The notes: generated by a model not told the origin, from the sequence alone. DNA of 64,000 nt from Candidatus Daviesbacteria bacterium (GCA_016176335.1 JACOXI010000003.1:322477-386476); one strand, 5' to 3'. Counted from the first letter of the stretch, positions 1 to 9,879 are shown. A program made the numbers and translations.

Positions 1-2
1 TG

Positions 3-140
3 GAAGGGGTCATAAATGTTAAAACAAGCTACGCCAAAGCTGAAACAGAAATAGAATTTGACCCTGCCAAATTAGATGAGGAGCAAATTTTGGCAACCAT
101 CAAAAAATCCGGCTACACAGCCGTCCCTATTGAAACTTAA
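3..140 (+). CDS. 3' end of a heavy-metal-associated (HMA/CopZ-like) domain protein, partial at window edge
   Basis: Own translation: EGVINVKTSYAKAETEIEFDPAKLDEEQILATIKKSGYTAVPIET*, resembling the HMA C-terminal half (GV..V......V.FD......I...I...GY). The CxxC motif would lie outside the window. Confidence 0.7.
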   Translation, partial: EGVINVKTSYAKAETEIEFDPAKLDEEQILATIKKSGYTAVPIET

Positions 141-164
141 TACTAAATACTTAATACTGAATAC
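137..164. repeat. Heptamer tandem array, 4 units
   Basis: TTAATAC TAAATAC TTAATAC TGAATAC fills the spacer up to the ATG at 165. Confidence 0.7.
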
Positions 165-1148
165 ATGCTGGATTTAATCTCTGTTGGTGATGCCACTATT
201 GATAATTTTGTCCAAATTCATGATGCGGAGGTAAAGTGTAATATTGACAAAACCGAGTGCAAGCTTTGCATTGATTATGGAGATAAAATTGCTGTTGATA
301 AGTTGACACACCTTGTTGCCGGTAATGCTGCCAATAATGCTATTGGGGGAGCAAGATTAAAATTAAGATCGGCAATTTATGTCAATGTCGGTTCAGACCC
401 CTCGGGTAAACAAATAACAGAAAAGTTAAAAGAAGAGGGTGTCAGTACAAGATATGTTGTGATAAACGAAGGCATGGAATCCAACTTATCTACAGTGATT
501 AATTTTCAGAAAGAGCGGACAATTCTTGTATATCACCAAGCCTGGAAGTATAAATTACCTGATTTAGATTCGGCAAAATGGATATATTTTACCTCCGTGT
601 CAGCATCTTTTACCGAGTCAAACTTGCTTAACGAATTAACAGTCTATTTGGAAAGAACCGGTAGTAAGCTCCTTTACAACCCGGGGACTTATCAAATGAA
701 AGCGGGAATTAAGAAAAATCCAAAACTTTTGGCCTTGACAGAACTTTTTATTGTTAATAAAGAGGAAGCAAAAAGGATTTTAGTTGGTAAAGATGATGCG
801 GATATCCCGATAAAGAAGCTACTTAAGGATATTGCGGACTTGGGTCCCAAAATGGTTGTGATCACAGACGGGGAAAAAGGATCTTTTGGATTTGACGGAC
901 AAAACTATTACCACTTGGGAATATTTCCTGCTAATTTAGTGGAAATGACCGGTGCGGGAGATGCTTATGCAACGGGTGTGTTGGCAGGACTTTTTCATGC
1001 AAAAAGTTTACCAGAGGCAATGAGATGGGGGGCTGCCAATGGGGCTGCTGTTGTTGAGCAAATCGGTCCCCAAGCAGGCCTCCTAACTTATGAGGGAATG
1101 CAGGAAAAACTAAAAGAAGATTCAAAGATTGTAGCTAAAGAGATATGA
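165..1148 (+). CDS. PfkB/ribokinase-family carbohydrate kinase
   Basis: N-terminal VGDATID and AGNAAN motifs; NKEEA; C-terminal signature VEMTGAGDAY. Confidence 0.9.
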   Translation: MLDLISVGDATIDNFVQIHDAEVKCNIDKTECKLCIDYGDKIAVDKLTHLVAGNAANNAIGGARLKLRSAIYVNVGSDPSGKQITEKLKEEGVSTRYVVINEGMESNLSTVINFQKERTILVYHQAWKYKLPDLDSAKWIYFTSVSASFTESNLLNELTVYLERTGSKLLYNPGTYQMKAGIKKNPKLLALTELFIVNKEEAKRILVGKDDADIPIKKLLKDIADLGPKMVVITDGEKGSFGFDGQNYYHLGIFPANLVEMTGAGDAYATGVLAGLFHAKSLPEAMRWGAANGAAVVEQIGPQAGLLTYEGMQEKLKEDSKIVAKEI

Positions 1149-1372
1149 AAAAGTATACCCCATTTTTTAAAGTTACCCCCTATGACAAAAGAAAATATCT
1201 TCTACCAGAAGATAGGGATTATGAAATCTTGGATAAATGTAAAAGATTGGAAAAATCGAAATTAACAATAGAGGATAAGTATTTAGTAAAGTTTATAAAA
1301 ACACAGTTAAAGAAGGACTGGAGAAGACCATTATTGGTAGAACTGGATAGATTATTAAGAAAATATAGTTAA
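1145..1372 (+). CDS. Hypothetical basic protein, 75 aa
   Basis: ATGA overlap with the upstream stop codon; no recognised motif. Confidence 0.6.
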   Translation: MKKYTPFFKVTPYDKRKYLLPEDRDYEILDKCKRLEKSKLTIEDKYLVKFIKTQLKKDWRRPLLVELDRLLRKYS

Positions 1373-1374
1373 AT

Positions 1375-1508
1375 TGTCATTCTGGGGACCCTGGCTTGTC
1401 CAGGGGACTCCAGAATCTTATATGGGTAAGGCAATGTATGTCTACATTAAAGAAGATTCTGGACAAGCTCGCCCCGTCTCCGACGAGTCGGAGCGGGCCA
1501 GAATGACA
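1375..1508. repeat. REP/MITE-like nested palindromic element between convergent genes
   Basis: 11-bp terminal inverted repeat TGTCATTCTGG (1375-1385)/CCAGAATGACA (1498-1508); inner CCAGAATCTT/AAGATTCTGG; GC-rich hairpins in both arms. Confidence 0.85.
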
Positions 1509-1515
1509 GAAAAAA

Positions 1516-3141
1516 TCAGTTTTTAATCATGTGATCAAGAGAATATTGGAAAGTAGCATCTACTTTTTTGTGGGGATTGAAGATATTTTTGGGGTCAAAG
1601 ATTTCTTTTACTTTTTTAAATAATTGGTAGACCTCTTGTCCATACATTTCGGGTAAATATGGACCTCTGATAAGTCCGTCATTGTGTTCTGCGCTCATGG
1701 AGCCTTTGTATTCAAAAACCAATTTAAAAACTTTTTCCATCAGTTCCGGAATGATTCTTCTGACGTCTTCCCTTGCAAGATCCATTAAAGGAATAATGTG
1801 GAAGTTGCCATCTCCTATATGACCTGCCAAAGTATAAACCAGCCTGTCTTTATAGGGAGTAATCAGAGCATTGAGTTTAGGCAAGAATTCCGGCAGATAT
1901 TGAGGTTTAACAATAATGTCATCAATAAAAGATGAGGCTTTGGCATTTTTTGCGTATTTCATAAGTAATCCAAAACTTTTATGCCTGATTAGCCAGTATT
2001 TTTCCTGACTTTCCGTGGTACCTTTTATTTCTGCTTTTAGATTAAACTCTGATATTGCCCTTTTTGCGGCGTTTGCCCTCTCCAAAGCTTCCTCAAAAGA
2101 GTCTGAAGAAAAGTTAGCAAGAAGTATCAAATTGGGTAATTGTTGTTTTTTATCAGAGAGTAAGCTGAAATATGCAAATAATCTATTGCTATGTTTAAAA
2201 TTAGCAGACATATCCCAGGCATGATCTAAAGCCAGTTTTAAAGTTTGGTCATCAAAACACTCAAAAGCTTCAGGTTTATATTCCAAAACCGCTTTTACAA
2301 CAACGTCAAGCTGTAACAGATCAGGTAGTGAGATTACCAGCAGGACTTGATGTTTTTTGGGTTTGATTAAGCTTAATTCTATTTCTGTAATAATACCCAG
2401 AGTGCCCTGGGAGCCAATAATTAATTTGCTTAAATCAAAATTATTGCCATCCCAAACTTCCCAGAGATCATAGCCTGTGGAGTTTTTAGAAGTTTGGGGT
2501 TTGGCGTTTTTTATCAATTGCTGATTTTCAACGATTAAATTATAGATTTCCGAGTATATTTTTCCCTCAAAATCTTTTTGAGCAATTTTTTTATCCAATT
2601 CAGCTTTATCTAAGGCTTTAAAAGTGTATTCGTTTCCGTCGGAAAGAATAACTTTCATGCTCTTAAGATACTTATTAATAGGTCCGTAGGTTAATTCCAG
2701 TTCCCCTCCGGCGTTGGTGGCAACCATGCCTCCAACTGTGCAAATTTCTCGAGAAGCCGGATAGGTTGGTAAAAGTAAACCCTTTTTTAATGTTTCTGTC
2801 TCAAAATCCCTATACAACATCCCCGGCTGCACAACTACCGAAACCTGATCCAATTTTATCAACTTATTAAGGTATTTTTTGACGTCCACAATCACCCCTT
2901 CGCCTATTGCTCCCCCAGTCATGTCCGTGCCTGCCGAGCGCACGGTGATAGATAAATTATCATTTAGATGGCCATTGACGTATTTAACAACTTTTTTGAT
3001 GTCTTGTGAATCTTTGGTAAAAACTACAACTTGTGGAGAAATTTCAAAAATAGAAGCATCTTTTGAATATGCAGTTAAGGTTTGGGTGTCATCTAAAGCC
3101 TCACCTTGTATGAGTTTTCGTAAATCACCTTTTATGGGCAT
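1516..3141 (-). CDS. FAD-linked oxidoreductase (GlcD / D-2-hydroxyacid dehydrogenase family), no Fe-S domain
   Basis: RSAGTDMTGG, CTVGGMVATNAGG, GSQGTLGIITE, GHIGDGNFH, SAEHNDG, FDPKNIFNP. Confidence 0.88.
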   Translation of the reverse strand: MPIKGDLRKLIQGEALDDTQTLTAYSKDASIFEISPQVVVFTKDSQDIKKVVKYVNGHLNDNLSITVRSAGTDMTGGAIGEGVIVDVKKYLNKLIKLDQVSVVVQPGMLYRDFETETLKKGLLLPTYPASREICTVGGMVATNAGGELELTYGPINKYLKSMKVILSDGNEYTFKALDKAELDKKIAQKDFEGKIYSEIYNLIVENQQLIKNAKPQTSKNSTGYDLWEVWDGNNFDLSKLIIGSQGTLGIITEIELSLIKPKKHQVLLVISLPDLLQLDVVVKAVLEYKPEAFECFDDQTLKLALDHAWDMSANFKHSNRLFAYFSLLSDKKQQLPNLILLANFSSDSFEEALERANAAKRAISEFNLKAEIKGTTESQEKYWLIRHKSFGLLMKYAKNAKASSFIDDIIVKPQYLPEFLPKLNALITPYKDRLVYTLAGHIGDGNFHIIPLMDLAREDVRRIIPELMEKVFKLVFEYKGSMSAEHNDGLIRGPYLPEMYGQEVYQLFKKVKEIFDPKNIFNPHKKVDATFQYSLDHMIKN

Positions 3142-3163
3142 AATTTTATGTTACCATAGATAT
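3142..3163. promoter_or_regulatory. Putative bidirectional promoter with overlapping extended -10 boxes
   Basis: + strand TGtTACCAT (3149-3157) is 6 nt before GTG 3164; - strand TGgTAACAT (hexamer 3153-3148) is 6 nt before ATG 3141. Confidence 0.6.
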
Positions 3164-4135
3164 GTGGAACAAAATCTGCCGGAGATTTTTGATACCATTG
3201 TTATTGGCGGGGGAGCTGCAGGTATTACTGCGGCAATTTATACAGTCAGAAAAAACCTCAAAGTATTACTGTTGACTAAAATTATTGGAGGGCAAGCTGC
3301 CCTATCAGGAGATGTAGAAAATTATCCGGGGTTTACCATGATTACTGGGGCAGATTTAGCCCGTAAATTTAGAGAAGATCTGATGAATTTTGAAAATAAA
3401 GGGCTATGGATTAAAGAAGGAGTTGAAGTGACTGATTTATCAGGCGCTGATCCTGACTTTATTGCCAAGACTGCTGATGGAGGTCAATATCACGGCAGAA
3501 CTGTGATAATTGCTTCCGGGAGAATCCCTAAAATGTTGGGTATTCCAGGCGAGAAGGAGTTATTTGGAAAAGGAGTGGCAACTTGTGCAACATGTGATGC
3601 ACCATTCTACAAAGACAAAGATGTGGCAATAGTTGGGGGAGGGAATTCTGCTCTGGATGCAGCTTTTTCGCTGCAAAAAGTTGCCCGAACTGTTGTAATT
3701 ATCAATACTACAGATACCTTGAGGGGAGATGAGATATTAATGAAAAATGTTACTTCCTCGCCAAAAGTTAAAGTTTTAAACAATCATGAGGCTTTAGAGA
3801 TTTTGGGTGATCAAGCAGTCGGAGGAGTAAAGATTAAAAACAGGCAAACCGGGCACCAACAAGTAATTCCTGTTTCAGGAGTATTTGTAGAAATTGGCTG
3901 GACTCCTGCAACTTCTTTTGATAAGTTAACAAATAAAAATGACAAAGGAGAAATAGAGGTAGATGAATATGGTGCAACATCAGTTCCTGGAATTTATGCA
4001 GCAGGGGATGTTAATGATGTTTGGGGAGAGCAAATTGTGATTGCGGCAGGTGAGGGTGCCAAAACAGCATTGCGAGTTGCAGAACATCTTTCAAAGGTTC
4101 CTCATCCAAAAACTTCAAATCTGCATGACGGCTAA
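3164..4135 (+). CDS. trxB: Thioredoxin-disulfide reductase (TrxB/AhpF C-terminal-like)
   Basis: IIGGGAAG, VENYPG, CATCD active site, VGGGNSA, TSVPGIYAAGD. Start moved to GTG 3164 because the track start overlaps the opposite gene. Confidence 0.85.
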   Translation: MEQNLPEIFDTIVIGGGAAGITAAIYTVRKNLKVLLLTKIIGGQAALSGDVENYPGFTMITGADLARKFREDLMNFENKGLWIKEGVEVTDLSGADPDFIAKTADGGQYHGRTVIIASGRIPKMLGIPGEKELFGKGVATCATCDAPFYKDKDVAIVGGGNSALDAAFSLQKVARTVVIINTTDTLRGDEILMKNVTSSPKVKVLNNHEALEILGDQAVGGVKIKNRQTGHQQVIPVSGVFVEIGWTPATSFDKLTNKNDKGEIEVDEYGATSVPGIYAAGDVNDVWGEQIVIAAGEGAKTALRVAEHLSKVPHPKTSNLHDG

Positions 4136-4884
4136 TGGATATAGACTCTGGTGCCGGGATTTTCGGCTGTTGCCCTGACTACATTTTGGCCGGGTGGTAC
4201 AACAGGTCCGGCCCAATCAAAGATTTGGGCGGCATATGCAAGCGGTGAATTAACACACCCGTGACTCATTGGCTGGCCAAAATTGTTGTGCCAATACGCT
4301 CCATGAATAGCATAACCTTTGTAGAAGAACATATTATTAGGAACGTTTGGCAGGTTATAATAGGTACCTAATGTTTGTGAACCTCCAACCATGCTTTGGG
4401 ATCTAGTTTTGTACCAGATATTAAATGTGCCTTCGGGGGTTGGGGCCCACTTACCTGAAGAGATGGGAAATTCCATGACAATTCTCTTTCCTTCCCAAGC
4501 CTTAAGTCTTTGGTCCGAGAGCGAAATCTCTATCCATTTTTCATCTCCGGAAGTATTGGTGGTACCCAAAACCGCCTGATTTTGATTTTCTTCTGCTAAT
4601 TTTTTTGACTGCTCAAAACTGTAAGCAAGAGATGTTTTAGGGTAATTTATTATTTGGTTATCAAAAATTGCGGTTGATGAGTTTTCATCAAAATCTCCAT
4701 TTGAGGATAAGATCTGTTGAACTGTGCAACAGGAAGTCGTAGGGTCTCCTGATATGTGTAGTTTATAAGCAAGATCGCGCCTGATTGTTTGAAAGTTAAA
4801 TGCAAGATAAAAAAGAGCGGAGATTATTAAGATCGCGGGCAATAGACGGTGCAGCATATCAAAATTTATGCTCCGTCCAAGCAT
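4132..4884 (-). CDS. L,D-transpeptidase (YkuD family) with N-terminal membrane anchor
   Basis: ISSG..TPEG and IHGAYWHNNFG..SHGCVN; start uncertain (4884 or 4857). Confidence 0.9.
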   Translation of the reverse strand: MLGRSINFDMLHRLLPAILIISALFYLAFNFQTIRRDLAYKLHISGDPTTSCCTVQQILSSNGDFDENSSTAIFDNQIINYPKTSLAYSFEQSKKLAEENQNQAVLGTTNTSGDEKWIEISLSDQRLKAWEGKRIVMEFPISSGKWAPTPEGTFNIWYKTRSQSMVGGSQTLGTYYNLPNVPNNMFFYKGYAIHGAYWHNNFGQPMSHGCVNSPLAYAAQIFDWAGPVVPPGQNVVRATAENPGTRVYIH

Positions 4885-4949
4885 TAAATTAATTGTGGAA
4901 TAGAATAAATTGGACGTCAAGAGGCAAGTTTTGTATGATAGAAAATTAC

Positions 4950-5867
4950 ATGAAAAAGTCCTTTTTTTTAGGTTCAGTTTGTCTGATAATTATTCTTTCT
5001 GCTCTTTTCCTATCACAAAATTTTAAAAGCGAATCTTCAAAACTCATTTCTCCCGTTCCCCACAGTAAAGTTTTAGGCGTTAATCTTTGGTTTCCCAAGC
5101 AAGTGTTCCAAAAAGAAGCTGATGAGCCAAAAATCACCGCAAAATCCGCTCTTTTTATAGAAACAAAAACAGGAGAGGTACTTTATTCAAAAGACGCCAA
5201 TAAAAAACTGCCCATTGCCTCACTTGTGAAAGTTATGACTGCTTTGATTGCTTTGGATCATAGGGGAATGGATGATAAATTTATTGTTTCAAAGCAAGCC
5301 TCGGAGATGGAAGCGGATAAAATGCTGCTTATTGCAGGAGAAAAGTTAACTTTGAAAGAATTGTTGTTTGGCATATTCTTAATTTCCGCCAATGATGCGG
5401 CAGAGGTTTTGGCCCAGGGTACAACAGGACAAAGAGATGAGTTCATAAAGCTTATGAATGAAAGGGGGAAACAACTGGGGATGAATGATACATATTTTGC
5501 AAACCCAACAGGATTGGATGAAGATTCTAATAATTCGTATTCTACAGCCTACGATTTGGCAATACTGACCAGGTATTTGATCAGGGAGCATCCGGAAGTT
5601 GTGGAAATATCAAAGACCCCGCATATTTATATTGACAGGACAGATGAACATCAGGATTATGATATGTATTCGGGAATAAATTTATTAACAACATATCCGG
5701 GAGTTGTTGGTTTTAAAACAGGTTATACGCCGGAAGCAGGTTTAACTCTAATTACTCTGGCAAGAAAAAACGGGCAAGAGGTTATTGGGGTTTTACTGGG
5801 ATCAGAATATAGAAGAGATGAGGCCAGAGAACTTTTGGATTATAGCTTCAAGAAATTAGGCATCTGA
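4950..5867 (+). CDS. D-alanyl-D-alanine carboxypeptidase (peptidase S11, DacA-like)
   Basis: SxxK (ASLVK), SxN (SAN), NPTGLD and KTG motifs; N-terminal signal/TM segment. Confidence 0.92.
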   Translation: MKKSFFLGSVCLIIILSALFLSQNFKSESSKLISPVPHSKVLGVNLWFPKQVFQKEADEPKITAKSALFIETKTGEVLYSKDANKKLPIASLVKVMTALIALDHRGMDDKFIVSKQASEMEADKMLLIAGEKLTLKELLFGIFLISANDAAEVLAQGTTGQRDEFIKLMNERGKQLGMNDTYFANPTGLDEDSNNSYSTAYDLAILTRYLIREHPEVVEISKTPHIYIDRTDEHQDYDMYSGINLLTTYPGVVGFKTGYTPEAGLTLITLARKNGQEVIGVLLGSEYRRDEARELLDYSFKKLGI

Positions 5868-5916
5868 TAAAAATAATACTTGTAACAGTATAAGTTTAGG
5901 TGATATAACGTTGGCG

Positions 5917-6603
5917 ATGTTTACTAATCAGAAAGTGTTGGGGGTGATCTTGATTCTGTTTATTCTGGGTGCGGTAGGCTATTTTTTTATGAGTAAGTTT
6001 AAAAAAGATACAGCTGTTTTCTCATCTCCTACCCCTACCCCTGCAAGTTTAGACTTTAACTTTAATCCGCAATCTGCCCAAAACCAGCAGACCGAACAGC
6101 AACCACAAGCCACAGAATTGCCTTTGGCTAAAAACAAAAGGTTGGATAAATTTCCAGGCATTTTAAAACCGGAAATTTTACAAAACAAAAAAGCGGTTAT
6201 CCAAACCAAAAAAGGCATTATTCAACTTCAGATTTATCCGGAAGCCTCAATGGCAGCCTCCAATTTTATGCTTTTGGCTGCCAATGGTTTTTATGACGGA
6301 TTGATCTTTCATCGGGTTGAAGATTGGGTAGTTCAAGGAGGTGACCCAATAGGTACAGGCGGAGGAGGGCCGGGATACCAATTCCAGGATGAGCTGGTGA
6401 GGAAGGATTACACAAAAGGGATTGTGGCGATGGCAAATAGCGGACCCAATACAAACGGCAGCCAATTTTTTATATTAAAGACAGATTATCCGCTTGAGCC
6501 CCAGTATACTATTTTTGGTGTTGTTATTACCGGTATGGATGTTGTGGAAAAAATTACTGTCGGTGATATTATGCAAAAAGTAGTTATTCAAGAATTAAAG
6601 TAG
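5917..6603 (+). CDS. Membrane-anchored cyclophilin-type peptidyl-prolyl isomerase
   Basis: [31 protein letters not shown]; N-terminal TM and P/T/Q linker. Confidence 0.92.
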   Translation: MFTNQKVLGVILILFILGAVGYFFMSKFKKDTAVFSSPTPTPASLDFNFNPQSAQNQQTEQQPQATELPLAKNKRLDKFPGILKPEILQNKKAVIQTKKGIIQLQIYPEASMAASNFMLLAANGFYDGLIFHRVEDWVVQGGDPIGTGGGGPGYQFQDELVRKDYTKGIVAMANSGPNTNGSQFFILKTDYPLEPQYTIFGVVITGMDVVEKITVGDIMQKVVIQELK

Positions 6604-6678
6604 CTTTCTGCTGTCAGTCATCAGTCATCAGACAGTCGTAATTTTAGTCTGAAAGCTGATAGCTGAAGTCTGATGACT
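6602..6678. repeat. Inverted pair of heptamer arrays (possible terminator)
   Basis: AGCTTTC TGCTGTC AGTCATC AGTCATC AGAC ... GTCT GAAAGCT GATAGCT GAAGTCT GATGACT; right-hand units are reverse complements of left-hand units. Confidence 0.8.
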
Positions 6679-6725
6679 ATACTATATATTGTATCTTGAC
6701 ATTAACAGATATCAACATGTTATGC
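6679..6725 (+). promoter_or_regulatory. Tandem NrdR boxes overlapping the nrdR promoter
   Basis: Core CTATATATTG at 6682 matches CWATATATWG; degenerate CAACATGTTA at 6713 is 31 bp away (typical spacing); TTGACA at 6696 and TGcTAAACT at 6723. Confidence 0.8.
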
Positions 6726-6738
6726 TAAACTAGGTATT

Positions 6739-7182
6739 GTGAAATGTCCATTTTGTGCGAGTAATTTATCAAAAGTGGTAGATAAAAGATCGGTTGATAG
6801 CCGCGGGGAAATCAGGAGAAGAAGAGAATGTTTGAAATGCGGTAGGCGTTTCACAACTTATGAGGCCATGGCAGCCTTGGAGATCTCCGTCATTAAAAAG
6901 GATGGCAGAAGAGAACCCTTTGTGCAAGAGAAAATTAGGATGGGTCTTTTGAAAGCTTTGGAGAAGCGTCCTGGTATTGAGAAGGTCTCAAGCATTGTGG
7001 ATAGAATCGAGGCCAGGATCAGAGGACGGCATTTAAAGGAGATAGAGTCGCAGACTCTTGGAAAATGGGTTCTTTCCGAATTGAAAAGGTTGGACTCGAT
7101 TGCATATTTGCGGTTTGCATCTGTTTATCGGACTTTTTCCGACCCGAGAGATTTTAAAAGAGAGCTTGAGACATTAAATTAA
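6739..7182 (+). CDS. nrdR: Transcriptional repressor NrdR
   Basis: CPFC, IRRRRECLKC.RRFTTYE, ATP-cone VIKKDGRRE, AYLRFASVYR. Confidence 0.97.
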   Translation: MKCPFCASNLSKVVDKRSVDSRGEIRRRRECLKCGRRFTTYEAMAALEISVIKKDGRREPFVQEKIRMGLLKALEKRPGIEKVSSIVDRIEARIRGRHLKEIESQTLGKWVLSELKRLDSIAYLRFASVYRTFSDPRDFKRELETLN

Positions 7183-7185
7183 AAA

Positions 7186-9870
7186 ATGAAGACAACCAAG
7201 ACGAAAAATACAATACGAGAAAGGCCTGCTCTGCAAGTTGTTTCCGTGCCACGCGCCCATGGGAAAAGCGTTCGTAAAACTAATGGTTTTGGCAGAAATG
7301 GCCGTGCATTTGAGACAAGGTTTATTCCGCGTTATAAAGTTATGCCCATCATTCCGGATGGTTTACCCATTCCCACTTTTTCCGAGAGTTCCAATAAGAT
7401 TTTAAAAGAAAGGTATCTTTTAAAAGGTGGGAATCTGGAAGTTGTAGAGAGCGTATCGGAGCGGTTTTGGCACATAGCTTATGATATTGCATCTGGTGAT
7501 TTTGACTTTAGGGCGAGTACCAAAGAGGTGATGGATAAGGCTGTCGAATTTTATAGCATGATGGTGCGCCAGGAATTTTTGCCAAACTCCCCAACCATTA
7601 TGAATGCCGGAAAAATTAACGGTTTGCAATACTCTGCCTGCTTTGTTCTGCCAGTGGGAGACTCGCTTCCTGAAATCTTTGATTCGGTCAAATATGCTGC
7701 TTTGATTCATCAAACAGGAGGCGGGACAGGTTTTGCTTTCTCCAGGCTTCGTCCGGCGGGATCGGTTGTTAACACAACAGGAGGCGTGGCATCCGGTCCG
7801 GTTTCGTTTTTGCGGGTTTTCAATGCAGCAACAGAATCTATCAAACAGGGTGGTACAAGGCGGGGAGCTAATATGGGAATTTTAAGAATAGATCATCCGG
7901 ATGTTTTGGAGTTTATAAGATGTAAGGCAGAATTGGATGATTTGAACAGGCCAGTATACGAAGGAGTTGCACCAATGCTGCCGGATGATGAATCGAGGGA
8001 TTATTTCAAAACTCTTCTTTTAGATAAACAAATTGCCAATTTTAATATCTCTGTGGCGGTAACCAAAAAATTTATGAAAGCAATGGAACAAGGTGCAGAT
8101 TATGAGCTGATTGCTCCTCACAACGGTGAGATTGTGGGAAAACTAAATGCAAAGGAAGTTTTTGATGAGATAGTTGAGCGGGCCTGGAAAACAGGTGACC
8201 CCGGACTGATCTTTATTGATCGGATTAACGACTCTCCTGCCAACCCGGTTCCCAAATTGGAGACAATTGAATCGACCAATCCTTGCGGTGAGCAGCCCCT
8301 GGCCCCTTGGGATGCTTGTAATCTAGGTTCTATTAATTTGGGTAAGTTTGTTCACCAGCTTAAGGATGGCAGTTTAGATGTGGATTGGGAAGGCTTAAAG
8401 AATGTGACAAGATTGGCAGTACACTTTCTGGATAACGTGGTTCAAACAAATCCTTACACCTTAAGACAGATTTATGACGAGGTACACCAAAACAGAAGGA
8501 TTGGCCTTGGGGTAATGGGTTGGGCTGATATGCTGTTTAGATTAAAGATTGCCTATAACTCCGATGAGGCTTTGCAATTGGCAGAAAAGGTAATGGAGTT
8601 TATAAACGACGAAGGACACAAAATGTCGGAGGAATTGGCAGAGAGGAGAGGTCCTTTCCCGAATTGGGCAAATTCCATTTATGCTGATAAAAAATCATCT
8701 GCTTTTTCCGAAAGACCGCGTAGTTATGCCTATCATAGTAGAAAACCCATCAGGAATTCAACAATTACCACAATTGCCCCAACAGGAACGATCTCTATTA
8801 TTGGTGACTGTTCATCAGGAATTGAGCCTGTTTTTGCCTTAGCTTATATACACAAAGCCAAAGGGGTGGGGGATGAATATAGAATTTTAACAATCGCCAA
8901 TAAAACTTTTGAGGAAATTGCTAAGCTTGAGGGTTTTTGGAGTGATGATTTGGCCAAAAAAGTTTTGGATAAGGGTTCGGTTGCGGGATTAGACGGAGTA
9001 CCAAAGAGGTGGCAGGAAGTTTTTATTACTGCCCCTGAAATTGATCCGGTAACCCACGTTAAAATGCAGGCAGTATTCCAAAAACATACGGATAATGGGG
9101 TTTCCAAAACCATCAATCTTCCAAATTCGGCAACTTTAGATGATGTAAGAATAGCTTATATGATGGCTTGGGAGACTGGTTGTGATGGTATCACAATTTA
9201 TCGCGACGGCTCCAAAAGTACCCAGGTTTTGAACGTTTCCTCAACCCTTAAGATGAAAACCCAAGTGGATCCGCAAGCACCACTCGAGTCCGACTCGGCT
9301 CCTATTGCTCAAAGACCGATGATTCTTCGGGGCAGGACCTACAAAATCACCACACCTGTAGGTGAGGCATTCATTACCATTAACCGGGACGAGCAGGGTC
9401 AGCCCTTTGAAGTATTTGTAACCGTGGGGCGGGGGGGAATGCATACTATGGCGGATGCAGAGGCGATGGGAAGGTTAGTTTCTTTGTCGCTGCGTTTAGC
9501 AAGAGGAGCAAAAGAAACAGACCCAAAAGCTGTTGCACAAAAGATTGTCAACCAACTTAAAGGAATTGGAGGAGCAAACCATGTTGGGTTTGGCAAAAAT
9601 AGGGTAATGAGTCTGGCAGATGCAATTGCCAAGGTGCTGGCAGAGGATCTGGCTTTGGTGGAAAGCCAAGATGCGGCAGAACCGATTCCCCTTAATCTGA
9701 CAAACGGAGAATTACTTGATCTCAAAACTACCAATCTTGCAACTTCCTTCGACGAGACCCAAGACAAATTGCTCGGTAATGTGGATCTTTGTCCAGACTG
9801 TGGTTCAGCTTCCTTTGTGATGGAAGAGGGCTGCAAAAAATGCCACAGCTGTGGATACTCTATGTGCTAA
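7186..9870 (+). CDS. nrdJ: Class II (adenosylcobalamin-dependent) ribonucleotide reductase with C-terminal TSCPD-like domain and zinc ribbon
   Basis: FLPNSPT, SACFVL, GGTRRGANMG, TNPCGEQ, CNLGSINL, TIAPTGT, YRDGS, terminal CPDC..EEGCKKCHSCGYSMC. Confidence 0.95.
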   Translation: MKTTKTKNTIRERPALQVVSVPRAHGKSVRKTNGFGRNGRAFETRFIPRYKVMPIIPDGLPIPTFSESSNKILKERYLLKGGNLEVVESVSERFWHIAYDIASGDFDFRASTKEVMDKAVEFYSMMVRQEFLPNSPTIMNAGKINGLQYSACFVLPVGDSLPEIFDSVKYAALIHQTGGGTGFAFSRLRPAGSVVNTTGGVASGPVSFLRVFNAATESIKQGGTRRGANMGILRIDHPDVLEFIRCKAELDDLNRPVYEGVAPMLPDDESRDYFKTLLLDKQIANFNISVAVTKKFMKAMEQGADYELIAPHNGEIVGKLNAKEVFDEIVERAWKTGDPGLIFIDRINDSPANPVPKLETIESTNPCGEQPLAPWDACNLGSINLGKFVHQLKDGSLDVDWEGLKNVTRLAVHFLDNVVQTNPYTLRQIYDEVHQNRRIGLGVMGWADMLFRLKIAYNSDEALQLAEKVMEFINDEGHKMSEELAERRGPFPNWANSIYADKKSSAFSERPRSYAYHSRKPIRNSTITTIAPTGTISIIGDCSSGIEPVFALAYIHKAKGVGDEYRILTIANKTFEEIAKLEGFWSDDLAKKVLDKGSVAGLDGVPKRWQEVFITAPEIDPVTHVKMQAVFQKHTDNGVSKTINLPNSATLDDVRIAYMMAWETGCDGITIYRDGSKSTQVLNVSSTLKMKTQVDPQAPLESDSAPIAQRPMILRGRTYKITTPVGEAFITINRDEQGQPFEVFVTVGRGGMHTMADAEAMGRLVSLSLRLARGAKETDPKAVAQKIVNQLKGIGGANHVGFGKNRVMSLADAIAKVLAEDLALVESQDAAEPIPLNLTNGELLDLKTTNLATSFDETQDKLLGNVDLCPDCGSASFVMEEGCKKCHSCGYSMC

Positions 9871-9879
9871 AATACCTGC

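Noticed and set aside
2879-3163. 95-aa N-terminal extension of TrxB in the ORF track
   Set aside because: Overlaps the opposite-strand dehydrogenase; homology and the -10 box point to GTG 3164
8690-8745. NrdJ loop SSAFSERPRSYAYHS as another hairpin insert
   Set aside because: Only weak AT-rich or G-T pairing, and no AGC-ANA-GCT hairpin or TAAAG flank
7186-9870. Intein or intron in nrdJ
   Set aside because: Continuous ORF with intact TNPCGEQ and no splicing or homing-endonuclease motifs
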